A DNA stretch of 64,000 bases from a bacterium. Its GTDB lineage: Bacteria > Electryoneota > JAOADG01. The notes below the pieces were generated by a model that was given only the letters and a program-made list of their open reading frames with translations, searched no databases and was not told the origin of the DNA. Shown in pieces: positions 10,710 through 20,735 of this stretch (position 1 is the stretch's first letter; every line of letters begins with the position of its first letter). The translations under genes and the position numbers were made by a program. Location of the stretch: NCBI GenBank assembly GCA_963681965.1, contig OY820579.1:1952001-2016000 (forward strand), written 5' to 3'.

Positions 10710-12053
10710 TTAGCAGCACTTCGGTTTGAAAGAAGCGGCTGCCGTTTTGATCCGTTTGAGTCCTTCGAGTGCCTCATCCTTAGTCAGGTTCAATGCCGGT
10801 CGGAAACGGACGCTGTGGGTGCCGCAACCGAGTACGGCGAGATTCTGTTCCCACATCAGCTTCACGAATGCATCGCGCGATGCGCCATTCGGCAGATCGA
10901 ATGCACAGAACAGACCCTTGCCACGCGCATTCGACAAGAACGGATACGCATCCTGCAATTCGTAGAGACCGTTCAACACCACCGGTCCGACGGCATTGAC
11001 GTTCTCAAGCAATTTCTCGTCGCGAATGATTTCGAGGTAAGTCATTACCCGATACATATCGACCAAGTTGGCGCCCCAAGTGCTGTTGATGCGTGACGAT
11101 TCGTGGAACACATTGTTTTCGATCGAGTCGATCCGACCGTTCGACATGAAACCACCAACCTGCATTTTCTTTGCCATCGAGAACATATCCGGAGCGATAT
11201 CGAAATTCTGGAAGCCCCACCACTTTCCGGTGAGACCGACGCCGGTCTGGACTTCGTCGAAGCAAAGCATCGCTTCGTTTTCGTCGGCGAGCCGGCGTAA
11301 TTCGCGAGCGAATTCATTGCGGATGTGGTTGTCGCCACCCTCACCCTGAATCGGTTCGATAATGATCGCGCAGATATCGTCTTTGTTTTCGGCAAATGCT
11401 CGTTCAATTTGAGCAACTGCGAATTTCTCTTCCTTCTCGACCCGGGCGATCTCTTCCGCAGTCACTGGGAAACGGAGCGACGGATGAATGACGCGCGGCC
11501 AATCGAATTTCGAGAACAACTGGTACTTCCGCGGATCGGCGGTATTCGTTAATGATACCGTGTAGCCGCCACGACCATGGAACGCCTTTTCAAAGTGCAG
11601 TACTTTATGCCCTTTTTCGGTGCGATATCCCTTGCGGAAATTCATCCGGACTTTCCAGTCCATCGCTGCTTTGATCATATTTTCCACGGCAAGAGTGCCG
11701 CCTGCTACCCAGAACGAATACTTGAAATTCGCCGGAGCGGCAATCTGGAAGAACGTTTCAACGAACTTCGCCATCTCGATCGTATAGAGATCGCTGTTCG
11801 TGACATTGTTCAATGCGATGCGACCGATTTCCTTCATATAGGCGTCGGTCCGCATTTTCGGGTGATTGAAACCGATCGGGGAGGAGGCGAAGAAGGTAAA
11901 GAAGTCGAGATATTCCTTACCGGTTTTGCTGTCGTGAATCCAGCTTCCGTGCGATTTGTCGAGATCGAATACGAGATCGAAACCATCCGCCAACATGTGG
12001 CTGCCAATTACTTCATGAACCTGTGCCGGTCCGATTTTATTGATGTCTACCAT
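10710..12053 (-). CDS. lat: L-lysine 6-transaminase (class III PLP aminotransferase)
   Basis: YLDFFTFFAS, AFHGRGGY, EPIQGEGGD, FDEVQTG, KKMQV, SRINSTWG. Confidence 0.88.
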   Translation of the reverse strand: MVDINKIGPAQVHEVIGSHMLADGFDLVFDLDKSHGSWIHDSKTGKEYLDFFTFFASSPIGFNHPKMRTDAYMKEIGRIALNNVTNSDLYTIEMAKFVETFFQIAAPANFKYSFWVAGGTLAVENMIKAAMDWKVRMNFRKGYRTEKGHKVLHFEKAFHGRGGYTVSLTNTADPRKYQLFSKFDWPRVIHPSLRFPVTAEEIARVEKEEKFAVAQIERAFAENKDDICAIIIEPIQGEGGDNHIRNEFARELRRLADENEAMLCFDEVQTGVGLTGKWWGFQNFDIAPDMFSMAKKMQVGGFMSNGRIDSIENNVFHESSRINSTWGANLVDMYRVMTYLEIIRDEKLLENVNAVGPVVLNGLYELQDAYPFLSNARGKGLFCAFDLPNGASRDAFVKLMWEQNLAVLGCGTHSVRFRPALNLTKDEALEGLKRIKTAAASFKPKCC

Positions 12054-12699
12054 GATACAATCCTTTCAACGCGACGAGTTGCGCCGCGAACTACGCAGTG
12101 TGAGTCAAGCAAGAATGCTCTAAAATTAAATCTTAATCTGCAATCAGTGTGATTGCGAGTGAGGAGGGGTGGGATTAGGTCTCAGCCTTAATCCACTCCA
12201 TAAAGATGAGGCAACGGATGAGTTTTAACATGGATTACTTTCGTTGTGATTCGTTCGTCCATCCACAATATATCACTGAAAATCGATGAATAAAAATCGG
12301 AAACCTAAGCTAATTCGAAATACACAATTGTTTCGGGAAATATGATTTTCCTCGATAGTAACTCGAAATAATTAGAGCGAACACCGGAAATGGTGTCTTG
12401 AATTTTGAGAATCCAACCATTACTTGACTCAATCGCAGTTGAACAAGAAAAAAAGCTAATGTGATCGATTATTGCTGATAGCTTATGTAAGAATAAACTA
12501 TAATAACTATATATAATAGATTATTAAAACAATGTGTAAGAAAACTCTAATGTGCTACGTATCACATAATAATTAAGTCGATCATCTATATCGGGTTGTC
12601 CGTTAATATTCTGAATGAGTATGTTGATTTAAGCACCACTATCACTAGATCTTCTTTATTTATAACCAGTTCGCTTACATGCGCTGTAAATCTTCGAGG

Positions 12700-12915
12700 T
12701 CTCCTCTTTTTAAGTGCAATTATCTTATTGATTTGTGAATTATGAGTTACCGAGAGTGCTCACTCGTAGCAGAGACGATGGCATCTGAATCGATCGATCG
12801 GGTCGATGTGTGGAGACATCCATTGTTACTACGTGTGACAGCGATTTCGAAGGTAAGTAAGTCATTATACTCGAGATAAATTTAAAGTAAGCACTTAAAA
12901 AAAAGGTTAAGGAGA
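12700..12915 (+). ncRNA. Candidate structured RNA or structured 5' leader (long nested rod)
   Basis: Nested helices 12707-17/12891-901, 12720-26/12873-79, 12742-50/12857-65, 12751-60/12840-49, 12761-69/12829-37, 12775-81/12820-26, 12789-95/12801-07; G-U pairs work on the + strand. Confidence 0.5.
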
Positions 12916-13067
12916 GAACTACTCTTGTCGAAGAGTTGAGTAGAGGCCTTCGATTCAGCTTATAAATTCGCTTCAGCTTTTTTCTTAAAGGTTCCGCTCA
13001 GAAGCCTAATCAAGAGAGTTGGTCAATTGAACGGCCGTTGTCTGAGTGCAGCAATAATGGAGGATTA

Positions 13068-16000
13068 ATGCAAAAGTTCGTAAGAAAGTCGATAGTCACC
13101 CTCGTGTTGACTATCATCGCGTTCGCAGTGGGAGTTGCCCAAGCGGACAATCGGGTCTACCCGACAACTGCGACGAACTGGCCCCGCGTTCACGGTGCCT
13201 CCGGTACGAAACAAAACGCAGTTTTCGGATACAAAGTTGGTGCCAATGCCTATAATTTCCTTGGTCAAAGCGTGATTTCTGCGCAGCGATCGGGTGCATT
13301 TATGGCTTTGGTTCCTACAACAGGGGTTACTACGGCAACCACCTTTACCGATGGGTCAACCTACAATTTCGACGAATATTCCGGCTTAGTACTTGCCAAT
13401 GGCAACTATGCCGTATTCGGCGAAATTTTGTTTACGACAGCCTCGACTCGTGCGTCGATGTTTATTCGCACAAGTGCCGGCGCTGCTGTAGGCGGGTATC
13501 ACAATGTTGGTTCGGCGGGAACTGTTTCGCGATTCAACAAAGCGATTCAGCTTACTGGCGGTACCTACGATGGTAAAGTTGTAGCAGTTGGTTACTCCGC
13601 AGCAACCGGTTCCGCGGGTGCTGGAGATATGTTGTTTGTTCGATTGACTCCGGCTTCCACCGTAACAATCGATCAAACTTCTTATATCGGAACGACGAAT
13701 GAAGAAGAAGCCTATGCCGTTTGCCAAGTTGGCACCGATACCGTTGCCATCGCTGGTCGACAAAAAGTCGGAACGAACAACAGCTTCTATGTAAAATTAG
13801 TGAAAGTGTCCGATGGCACCGTGATTTCCAGCTTTACCCTTTCGGGTGCAGCTGGAACCGGTGACAACGATTGCATTCGCGACATGTTTGTGGATGGCGA
13901 TGGTAATCTGGTTCTCGTTGGAACTAGTGGAACTGGGACTGGCAGAGTTGGTTATCTGGCTAAGCTCAATCCTGCGACCGGAGCATTGATTTCCGGTTAT
14001 GAATTCACTACTTCTGAGACCGATGTCGAGTTAATGGATGCCGATGTTGCCGCCAATGGTCACATCGTCGTAACGGGTCGTCAAGGTAACGATATGTACC
14101 TTGCCGAAATTCAGGACAATGGTCATGCCTATGTCAGTGACTGGGCACACTCTTATGACAATGCCAGCAAGACTGGTGAAATTGGTAATTTTGTGAAGAT
14201 CGAATCCGATTCGACCATTTTGGTAGCTGGTGTTGCCAACGATGCCGGTGCTTCCACCGATGCATCGTTCTGGCTCTTGAGTGCTCCTGCTCTGCAATCC
14301 AATGCAGGACCAACCGCATTCGATTTACTAACACCAACTGACGTTGATACCGTGACGATATTATTGCCGACGCTTACTTGGGCATCCTCAACCGATGCAA
14401 TTCTCGGCTACACGATTAGTTATGAATTGACTTGGGCAGATAACTCAGGTTTTACTAGTCCAACCGTTGTTTCGGATTTAGCGGATACAACGTACACTTT
14501 CGCAACTCCATTGACCAACAGTGGTGTATATTATTGGAAAGTGAAAGCACTCGATGGTAATGATAATGAAACCGAATGTACGCAAGGTACTGCAGGTTGG
14601 AGTTTCACTGCATACGTTGCACCACCGACTGCATTCAATCTCACTGCACCGGCTGATGCCGATTCAGTTGGTTTGTTCCCGACGTTGGATTGGGAAGCCG
14701 CGACCGGCGCTGGTATTTCTTATGAACTGACTTGGGCTGATAACTCTGGTTTTACCAGTCCGACTGTGGTATCCAATCTCGATACTAACAGCTATACCTT
14801 TGAAACAGCGCTCACGAACAATCAAGTATACTACTGGAAAGTGAAAGCAGTTGACACTCTTACCAGTGAGACTAACTGCACGCAAGCTCCCGACGGTTGG
14901 AGTTTCACTGCCTACGTCGCTGGTCCAAGTGCATTCAACCTGACTTCGCCGTCCGATGGTGGTTCGGTTTCTACGACCCCGACACTGGATTGGGAAGAAG
15001 CTACCGGTGCTGGTGTTGTTTACGAATTGACTTGGGCTGATAATGCCTTGTTTACCGGTGCCACGGTCGTATCGGATCTCGATACTAACAGCTACACCTT
15101 TACAGGTGGTCTCTCGAACGATCATGACTACTACTGGAAGGTGAAAGCGATCGACTCGCTAACCAGCGAAACAAATTGTACGCAAGCGCCGGATGGTTGG
15201 CATTTCTTGACGCCGATCACTCCGCCGGCTCCGATGAACGTTCGACTCAATTCGACCGTAGCCTCGACACCTGCCTATTACGACAATGCGAACTATGCAG
15301 GTTTTGATTCATTGGCAGTGGACTCGTATGATGCTTTGGATGTACCACAACCGCCAGTGTTAGGCAACAACTATATCCAGACATTCTTCTTTGAAAGTGG
15401 TTTCACTGGATTCCGTCAGAAATTGAATTCTGACTATCGTCTGTCCGTTGGTAAGAATTTCACGACGACGTCTTATCTGTACAAGATTCGTACGCTTACC
15501 GATCAGACCGCTACCGTTACATATACCTTCGATGTTTCGACCAACAACACCGAAACGTTACCGGTAGTCTTCTGGGATGGCACCGATTATCAAAACTTGC
15601 TGGGTGCTACCGACGCAGACAATACTTACACGTATTCCGCAACGGGAACAACCGGTTCTCCGGAAACCAAGAATTTTGCCATCTTGATCGGCGACAAAAC
15701 CGCTCCGGCAGTTACTCACATTACACCGGCAGCGAGTGGTTTAACGGAAATTTCTCGAAGTAGCTCTACGACGTTGGAAATTGCCGTTGACAATACAAGC
15801 CCGGTCCGACGCACTACGATTGCATTCTCGCCCGTACAGGATTCGACTTCGCATGTCGCGAACGATCCACGCGAGAATTTCACCGATTTGAATAATATGC
15901 CAGTTGCACCAGCAACTCCCGATGATCCGACCAATGGTCTGGTAAACCCGCACCTGACATATGATTGGATTCCGGCAACCGATGATCCCGCGATCTTTGT

Positions 16001-17576
16001 GAGCCCGACCGATGTATTCCCGCACGCACAGCTTCGATTCATTACCGAAGACTGGGCAGGAAATATTGATACGTCCTATGTCGATTTCGCAATTGTCCCG
16101 GATGATTTCAACTTCACCGGCGATTATGCCGCAGGTTGGCATCTGATTTCGTTCCCGCTTACTCCCGATGATCCTGCTACACCGTTCTTGACGCATACCG
16201 GCAACGACAGTGGTATTGCAGGCAGCTATGGGATGTTCCAGTATACGTTAGCTGGTGGTTATACCGTACCGTCCTCGGTTGCCATTGCGAAGGGTTACTG
16301 GCTAGTATTGGATGATGACAATACTGCAGCAGCGAATAATTCCGGTCTGGGTCGAGTTGGTGGTACAATTCCTGGAGCTACCGAAGATGTAGATCTAGCA
16401 CTCGATCTCGCGTCACAGAATCTGATCGGTGTCGCAGTTCGAGATGACGATCTGGGTGGAAATCACCTGCAAGCCGACGACTGGGTGTTCTCGAATGATA
16501 GCTGGACCAACACCTATACGTGGACTGAAGTCACGACAACTGCTGACAAGAATGGCGACGGCACAATTTGGATCGATCCGACTTCGTTAGTCACGTATGA
16601 CAATTCGGCGGGTGATTTTACGACCACAATTGCCGACAATGCTGCATTAGTTCCCGGTAAAGGTTACTTATTAACCACTTCCGGAACTTATTCCGGAACG
16701 TTGGAAATGAGAACACAACGTACTACTGCCGCCGTCGATATCGTTCATCCACGACATCGCGACGATGGTAATGCTATTGTGAAGGGTCACAATAACACGA
16801 TTAACTCTGTCAATGAATTTACTGGCGACTGGTTTGTGCCGATTCATATGGCAATGGGTTCGTTGTCGAACAATCTGTCCGGTTTTGGTTGCCGGAATGG
16901 CGCAACCGTTGGTTGGGATAACGGTATCGATGTCACGGCACCGCCACTTCCGCCATCGGGTAACTATGTTCGTGCAGTTATCGATGGTTCAACTTGGAAT
17001 TCGCCGTTCGGTCGATATTTCGTAACCGATATCCGAAATCCATTTGCTGGAACCAGCCGAACCGGTTCATGGGACTTCCGGGTCAATGCATCGCAGGAAG
17101 GTCAAGTATCGATGACGTTTGATCTATCGAACTTGGCGCAATACGATGTACCAGCAACATTCAGTATCATTGCAACGATTAACGGTCAAACGTTCGACCT
17201 CGCGCAATCCAATACAATTACGTTCCCCTATACTAGTGGTATTGTGATTGTACACGTTGTCGCGTCGTTGGATGGTGCCAGTGTACCAGCGCAGAATCTC
17301 TTGTTGCCGAAGGATTTCTCGATTGTAAATGCGTATCCGAATCCATTCAACCCCGAAACTTCGATCCGCATCGGCTTGCCGAACGTTTCGAAACTTCAGG
17401 TTGTGATTTACAATTCGCTTGGTAAGGAAGTTACGCGATTGGCAGACGGAACCTATCCGGCTGGCTATCACAACTTCACATTCGACGGTCACAGTCTGTC
17501 GAGCGGTGTGTACTTCATTCGCGCCGTGTCGCCAGGACATCAGAATCAAATCAAGCGAGTGGTTCTGGTTAAGTAA
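13068..17576 (+). CDS. Large secreted surface protein: propeller-like N-region, three tandem FN3-like repeats, C-terminal T9SS-type sorting domain
   Basis: ATG 13068 follows GGAGGA; signal peptide ending ..AQA; C-terminal NAYPNPFNP...SSGVYF..KRVVLVK. Confidence 0.85.
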   Translation: MQKFVRKSIVTLVLTIIAFAVGVAQADNRVYPTTATNWPRVHGASGTKQNAVFGYKVGANAYNFLGQSVISAQRSGAFMALVPTTGVTTATTFTDGSTYNFDEYSGLVLANGNYAVFGEILFTTASTRASMFIRTSAGAAVGGYHNVGSAGTVSRFNKAIQLTGGTYDGKVVAVGYSAATGSAGAGDMLFVRLTPASTVTIDQTSYIGTTNEEEAYAVCQVGTDTVAIAGRQKVGTNNSFYVKLVKVSDGTVISSFTLSGAAGTGDNDCIRDMFVDGDGNLVLVGTSGTGTGRVGYLAKLNPATGALISGYEFTTSETDVELMDADVAANGHIVVTGRQGNDMYLAEIQDNGHAYVSDWAHSYDNASKTGEIGNFVKIESDSTILVAGVANDAGASTDASFWLLSAPALQSNAGPTAFDLLTPTDVDTVTILLPTLTWASSTDAILGYTISYELTWADNSGFTSPTVVSDLADTTYTFATPLTNSGVYYWKVKALDGNDNETECTQGTAGWSFTAYVAPPTAFNLTAPADADSVGLFPTLDWEAATGAGISYELTWADNSGFTSPTVVSNLDTNSYTFETALTNNQVYYWKVKAVDTLTSETNCTQAPDGWSFTAYVAGPSAFNLTSPSDGGSVSTTPTLDWEEATGAGVVYELTWADNALFTGATVVSDLDTNSYTFTGGLSNDHDYYWKVKAIDSLTSETNCTQAPDGWHFLTPITPPAPMNVRLNSTVASTPAYYDNANYAGFDSLAVDSYDALDVPQPPVLGNNYIQTFFFESGFTGFRQKLNSDYRLSVGKNFTTTSYLYKIRTLTDQTATVTYTFDVSTNNTETLPVVFWDGTDYQNLLGATDADNTYTYSATGTTGSPETKNFAILIGDKTAPAVTHITPAASGLTEISRSSSTTLEIAVDNTSPVRRTTIAFSPVQDSTSHVANDPRENFTDLNNMPVAPATPDDPTNGLVNPHLTYDWIPATDDPAIFVSPTDVFPHAQLRFITEDWAGNIDTSYVDFAIVPDDFNFTGDYAAGWHLISFPLTPDDPATPFLTHTGNDSGIAGSYGMFQYTLAGGYTVPSSVAIAKGYWLVLDDDNTAAANNSGLGRVGGTIPGATEDVDLALDLASQNLIGVAVRDDDLGGNHLQADDWVFSNDSWTNTYTWTEVTTTADKNGDGTIWIDPTSLVTYDNSAGDFTTTIADNAALVPGKGYLLTTSGTYSGTLEMRTQRTTAAVDIVHPRHRDDGNAIVKGHNNTINSVNEFTGDWFVPIHMAMGSLSNNLSGFGCRNGATVGWDNGIDVTAPPLPPSGNYVRAVIDGSTWNSPFGRYFVTDIRNPFAGTSRTGSWDFRVNASQEGQVSMTFDLSNLAQYDVPATFSIIATINGQTFDLAQSNTITFPYTSGIVIVHVVASLDGASVPAQNLLLPKDFSIVNAYPNPFNPETSIRIGLPNVSKLQVVIYNSLGKEVTRLADGTYPAGYHNFTFDGHSLSSGVYFIRAVSPGHQNQIKRVVLVK
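14305..15210 (+). repeat. Three tandem ~100-aa FN3-like repeats
   Basis: AFxLxxP..PTLxW..YELTWADN..YYWKVKAxD..ETxCTQ..GWxF occurs three times, with clear DNA similarity. Confidence 0.9.
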
Positions 17577-17600
17577 GTAATCCGAAATAATTGCTGGAAG

Positions 17601-17636
17601 CCTCTTCGGGTAGAAATGCCCGAAGAGGTTTTTTTT
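17601..17636 (+). terminator. Intrinsic terminator
   Basis: CCTCTTCGGG-tagaaatg-CCCGAAGAGG followed by T8. Confidence 0.9.
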
Positions 17637-17799
17637 AGACCTCAGCCTACACGCTAAAGTCGAAAAATGGTTCGAAACGATACATTTTTATTCCATGGGA
17701 TTATTTCTAACTCTGGTTACAATCTACTTGACTACGCGCGCTTTTCTTACTAACATTTCACATTCGTTTCACAACCTATTCCCCGGAGGTGGATTCCCC

Positions 17800-19107
17800 T
17801 TGAATAAAAGATCCCAACCCACCCATTATCTCTTACTGCTCGTTGCGATTATTGGATTCGCATATCCTTTAATAAGTAGTGCTTCTCCTGCGCAACCCGA
17901 TCCGAAGTCCTTGGCTAATACGCTAAAAGAATTGCAGAATGCCGTTTCTGGTGCTGTTCAGACCGACGCATCGGACAGTCTCCGAGTGCGCTTATCGCAA
18001 CTGCAGGCACCCATGAATGTCACAGCCGAAGATGTTCCGAACGATGGCGGTAAAGCGATTAAAGTCAAGTGGCAATACCCGGAAGTTCCGTTCGAACTCC
18101 CAACCGAACTCCAAATTTTCCGGTTGTCCGATCGTAATCAACAGGGCGATTTGATCGGAAAAGTCGGTCCGTTGGTTCACGAAGCAGTTGATAATAGCGT
18201 CGAGAATGGTGTTCCAACGAGCTACCGGGTTCAAGCTCTTTTCAAAGATGGTGCAGTCGTTGCAAGTGGTCCATCGACACCGGCGATCGCGGTGGTTTCC
18301 TACTTCAACTGGAACCGATTAAATCAACTCGTCATTTCGATCATTCTGATCGGAGCCGTGCTGGTTTACATCTTTTTGGCTTCGCGTGGCGTGCACATGA
18401 AGATTCGCAAGATCTCCGGTATCGAAGCGATCGAAGAGGCTGTCGGTCGTTCGACCGAAATGGGCAAACCAATTCTTTATGTCCCCGGTACGCAGGATAT
18501 GGACAATGTCCAGACGATTGCCGGAATCAATATTCTCGGTTCCGTTGCCAAAATGGCAGCGAAATACGAGACCCGCCTCGATGTGCCGGTTGCACGCTCG
18601 ATCGCCATGTCGACCGGTCGCGAAACCGTGCATGAAGCGTATCTAACCGCCGGACGCCCCGATCTGTATCACGACGATATCGTTCACTATATCACCGACG
18701 AACAATTCGGATTTGTGGCTGCAATCGACGGTATTATGGTTCGCGATAAACCTGCGGCATGTATCTACATGGGTGCGTTTTATGCCGAATCACTGATTCT
18801 AGCCGAGACCGGCAACAGTATCGGTGCTATTCAAATTGCCGGAACAGCCATGCCCACGCAACTCCCGTTTTTCGTTGCGGCTTGCGACTATACTCTGATC
18901 GGTGAGGAACTCTTTGCCGCCAGTGCATACTTAAGTGGCGATCAGCGCGAGATTGGGTCGCTCAAAGGGCAGGATTTCGGTAAAGCCGTCGCAATGGGAC
19001 TCATTATGGTCACATCCTTACTCTGGACAGTGTATAATGTGACTCAGAGCGGTGCGATGGAAAAAGCGTATAAGTTCTTTTTCGATATGACTTCATCAAC
19101 TTTCTAA
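17800..19107 (+). CDS. FN3-like plus DUF6754-like membrane protein
   Basis: TTG 17800 follows GGAGG (ORF track starts at 17695); DVPNDGGKAI FN3-like domain; IRKISGIEAIEEAVGRSTEMGKP and QLPFFVAACDYTLIGEELFAASAYL recalled as DUF6754 motifs. Confidence 0.75.
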   Translation: MNKRSQPTHYLLLLVAIIGFAYPLISSASPAQPDPKSLANTLKELQNAVSGAVQTDASDSLRVRLSQLQAPMNVTAEDVPNDGGKAIKVKWQYPEVPFELPTELQIFRLSDRNQQGDLIGKVGPLVHEAVDNSVENGVPTSYRVQALFKDGAVVASGPSTPAIAVVSYFNWNRLNQLVISIILIGAVLVYIFLASRGVHMKIRKISGIEAIEEAVGRSTEMGKPILYVPGTQDMDNVQTIAGINILGSVAKMAAKYETRLDVPVARSIAMSTGRETVHEAYLTAGRPDLYHDDIVHYITDEQFGFVAAIDGIMVRDKPAACIYMGAFYAESLILAETGNSIGAIQIAGTAMPTQLPFFVAACDYTLIGEELFAASAYLSGDQREIGSLKGQDFGKAVAMGLIMVTSLLWTVYNVTQSGAMEKAYKFFFDMTSSTF

Positions 19108-19121
19108 ATTGACCGGGAACT

Positions 19122-19871
19122 ATGCCAACTTACTTAATACTAATTCTGGTGGTTCTGATCGGTTCCGTTATTGCCGGTTTTCTGATACCGAGCTTACGGA
19201 AAGGGATACCACTATTTATCACACTGGTTACTGGCGTGCTACTCTTCCTGTCGTTGTTTATTCCGGCGCAACCATTTCCATCGCTGGAAGAGGAGATGTC
19301 GATCTGGTTCGATGTGATTGCCGTCTTCAGTTTTATTCTGGGCGGCGGCAACCTAATCCGTGTGCACTTGCGAAAGATCACCCGGCAGGATCGCGATTGG
19401 AAATTCTCCGCAGTTACTTTGGGTGGATTCTTTTTCATGCTGATCGTCGGTCTGTTCAAAATCGGTGCTTCCACCATGTCGGAGGATTACCTCGCGAATG
19501 GGACCGCTTTCAAATGGATGTATGATGCCGTCTTCACGCCACTCAGTGCGACAATTTTCTCGTTGCTTGCGTTCTTTGTTGCCTCGGCGGCTTTTCGTGC
19601 CTTTCGCGCCAAAACCCGCGAAGCTACAATCCTGCTGATTGCCGCGTTCATTATTCTGATCGGTAGAACGCCGATCGGCGTATTGATGACGGCATGGCTG
19701 CCGGACTCGCTGCAATTCCTCACAATCCCAAGTCTGAGTGGTTGGATCTTATTGGTACCGAATATGGCGGGGCAACGCGCAATTATGATTGGTGTCGCGC
19801 TCGGTATCATTTCAACTTCGATGAAAATGATTCTTGGGATTGAACGAAGTTGGTTGGGAGGAGATGAATAA
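19122..19871 (+). CDS. Polytopic membrane protein of unknown function (operon gene 2)
   Basis: Multiple hydrophobic helices; FVASAAFRAFRAKTREATILL and AGQRAIMIGVALG motifs; stop overlaps the next start. Confidence 0.8.
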   Translation: MPTYLILILVVLIGSVIAGFLIPSLRKGIPLFITLVTGVLLFLSLFIPAQPFPSLEEEMSIWFDVIAVFSFILGGGNLIRVHLRKITRQDRDWKFSAVTLGGFFFMLIVGLFKIGASTMSEDYLANGTAFKWMYDAVFTPLSATIFSLLAFFVASAAFRAFRAKTREATILLIAAFIILIGRTPIGVLMTAWLPDSLQFLTIPSLSGWILLVPNMAGQRAIMIGVALGIISTSMKMILGIERSWLGGDE

Positions 19872-20734
19872 TGGCGAATTCCAACGACAGCTTCATGGAA
19901 AAACTTGGTCGCATCGATCGCCGCTGGATCTTCTTGGTGATCGCACTGGCAGTAGCATTGCCGATGTTTCTAGGATTCGATTTCAAAGCGGTTCCTTCAC
20001 CGATGGTCGAGAATCTGTATAAGAAAATCGAAGCACTCCCTGCCGGATCGCGAGTCTTGATCTCGTTCGATTACGGTCCATCGACCGTTCCCGAGAATCA
20101 ACCGATGGCAGATGCAATCGTTTGGCACCTGCTGAAAAAGAAATGCAAAGTCTATTTCATTGCAACTTGGCCGACCGGCGAGCGACAATCGCAACTGACG
20201 GTTGAAACGACAATTAAAAAGGGAATGCCGACAGCGGTCAACGGTGTCGATTATGTCGATCTCGGTTACAAAGCGGGTGGCTCGGGCTTGATCAATCTGC
20301 TCTTTTCCAATTTTAAACGGATGTATACCAACGATCGCAATCGCAACAATGTCGAGAACATTCCGATGATGAATGAAATCGAATCGCTGAAGAATTTCAA
20401 TATGATTCTTTCGATTTCATCGGGTGCACCGGGCTTGAAAGAGTGGATCCAATTTGCCGGTGATCGCGGCAAGATCCCCGTAGCAGGTGGTGTTACTGCC
20501 GTACAAGCAATGGAATTGTACCCCTACTATCCCCGACAGATGTTCGGATTGATGGCAGGGCTGCAGGGCGGAGCGGAGTACGAATCAATCGTAATCAGCA
20601 ATTATCCCGAATTCGAACCGCTACGTGCCGCGCTGAAAAAAATGGCACCGCAGACCATTGCACACTTGGCAATTATCACGCTGATCATTATCGGCAACAT
20701 TGCCTATTTCTCCACTCGAAAGCACAGGAGATAA
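19871..20734 (+). CDS. Membrane-anchored protein with TM, alpha/beta domain and TM, unknown function (operon gene 3)
   Basis: RRWIFLVI N-terminal TM; DYVDLGYKAG; GLQGGAEYE; C-terminal TM followed by RKHRR. Confidence 0.8.
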   Translation: MANSNDSFMEKLGRIDRRWIFLVIALAVALPMFLGFDFKAVPSPMVENLYKKIEALPAGSRVLISFDYGPSTVPENQPMADAIVWHLLKKKCKVYFIATWPTGERQSQLTVETTIKKGMPTAVNGVDYVDLGYKAGGSGLINLLFSNFKRMYTNDRNRNNVENIPMMNEIESLKNFNMILSISSGAPGLKEWIQFAGDRGKIPVAGGVTAVQAMELYPYYPRQMFGLMAGLQGGAEYESIVISNYPEFEPLRAALKKMAPQTIAHLAIITLIIIGNIAYFSTRKHRR

Positions 20735-20735
20735 T

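Noticed and set aside
11577-12152. Long antisense or alternate-frame ORFs (e.g. 11577-12152, 42819-43487, 52366-52956)
   Set aside because: They are shadows of well-supported genes on the opposite strand and have no recognisable motifs.
12054-12300. Lysine riboswitch or leader peptide upstream of lat (ORF 12231-12175, MLKLIRCLIFMEWIKAET; hairpin 12163-12199)
   Set aside because: No lysine-riboswitch consensus was recognised, the ORF has only two separated Lys codons, and the hairpin lacks a U-tract.
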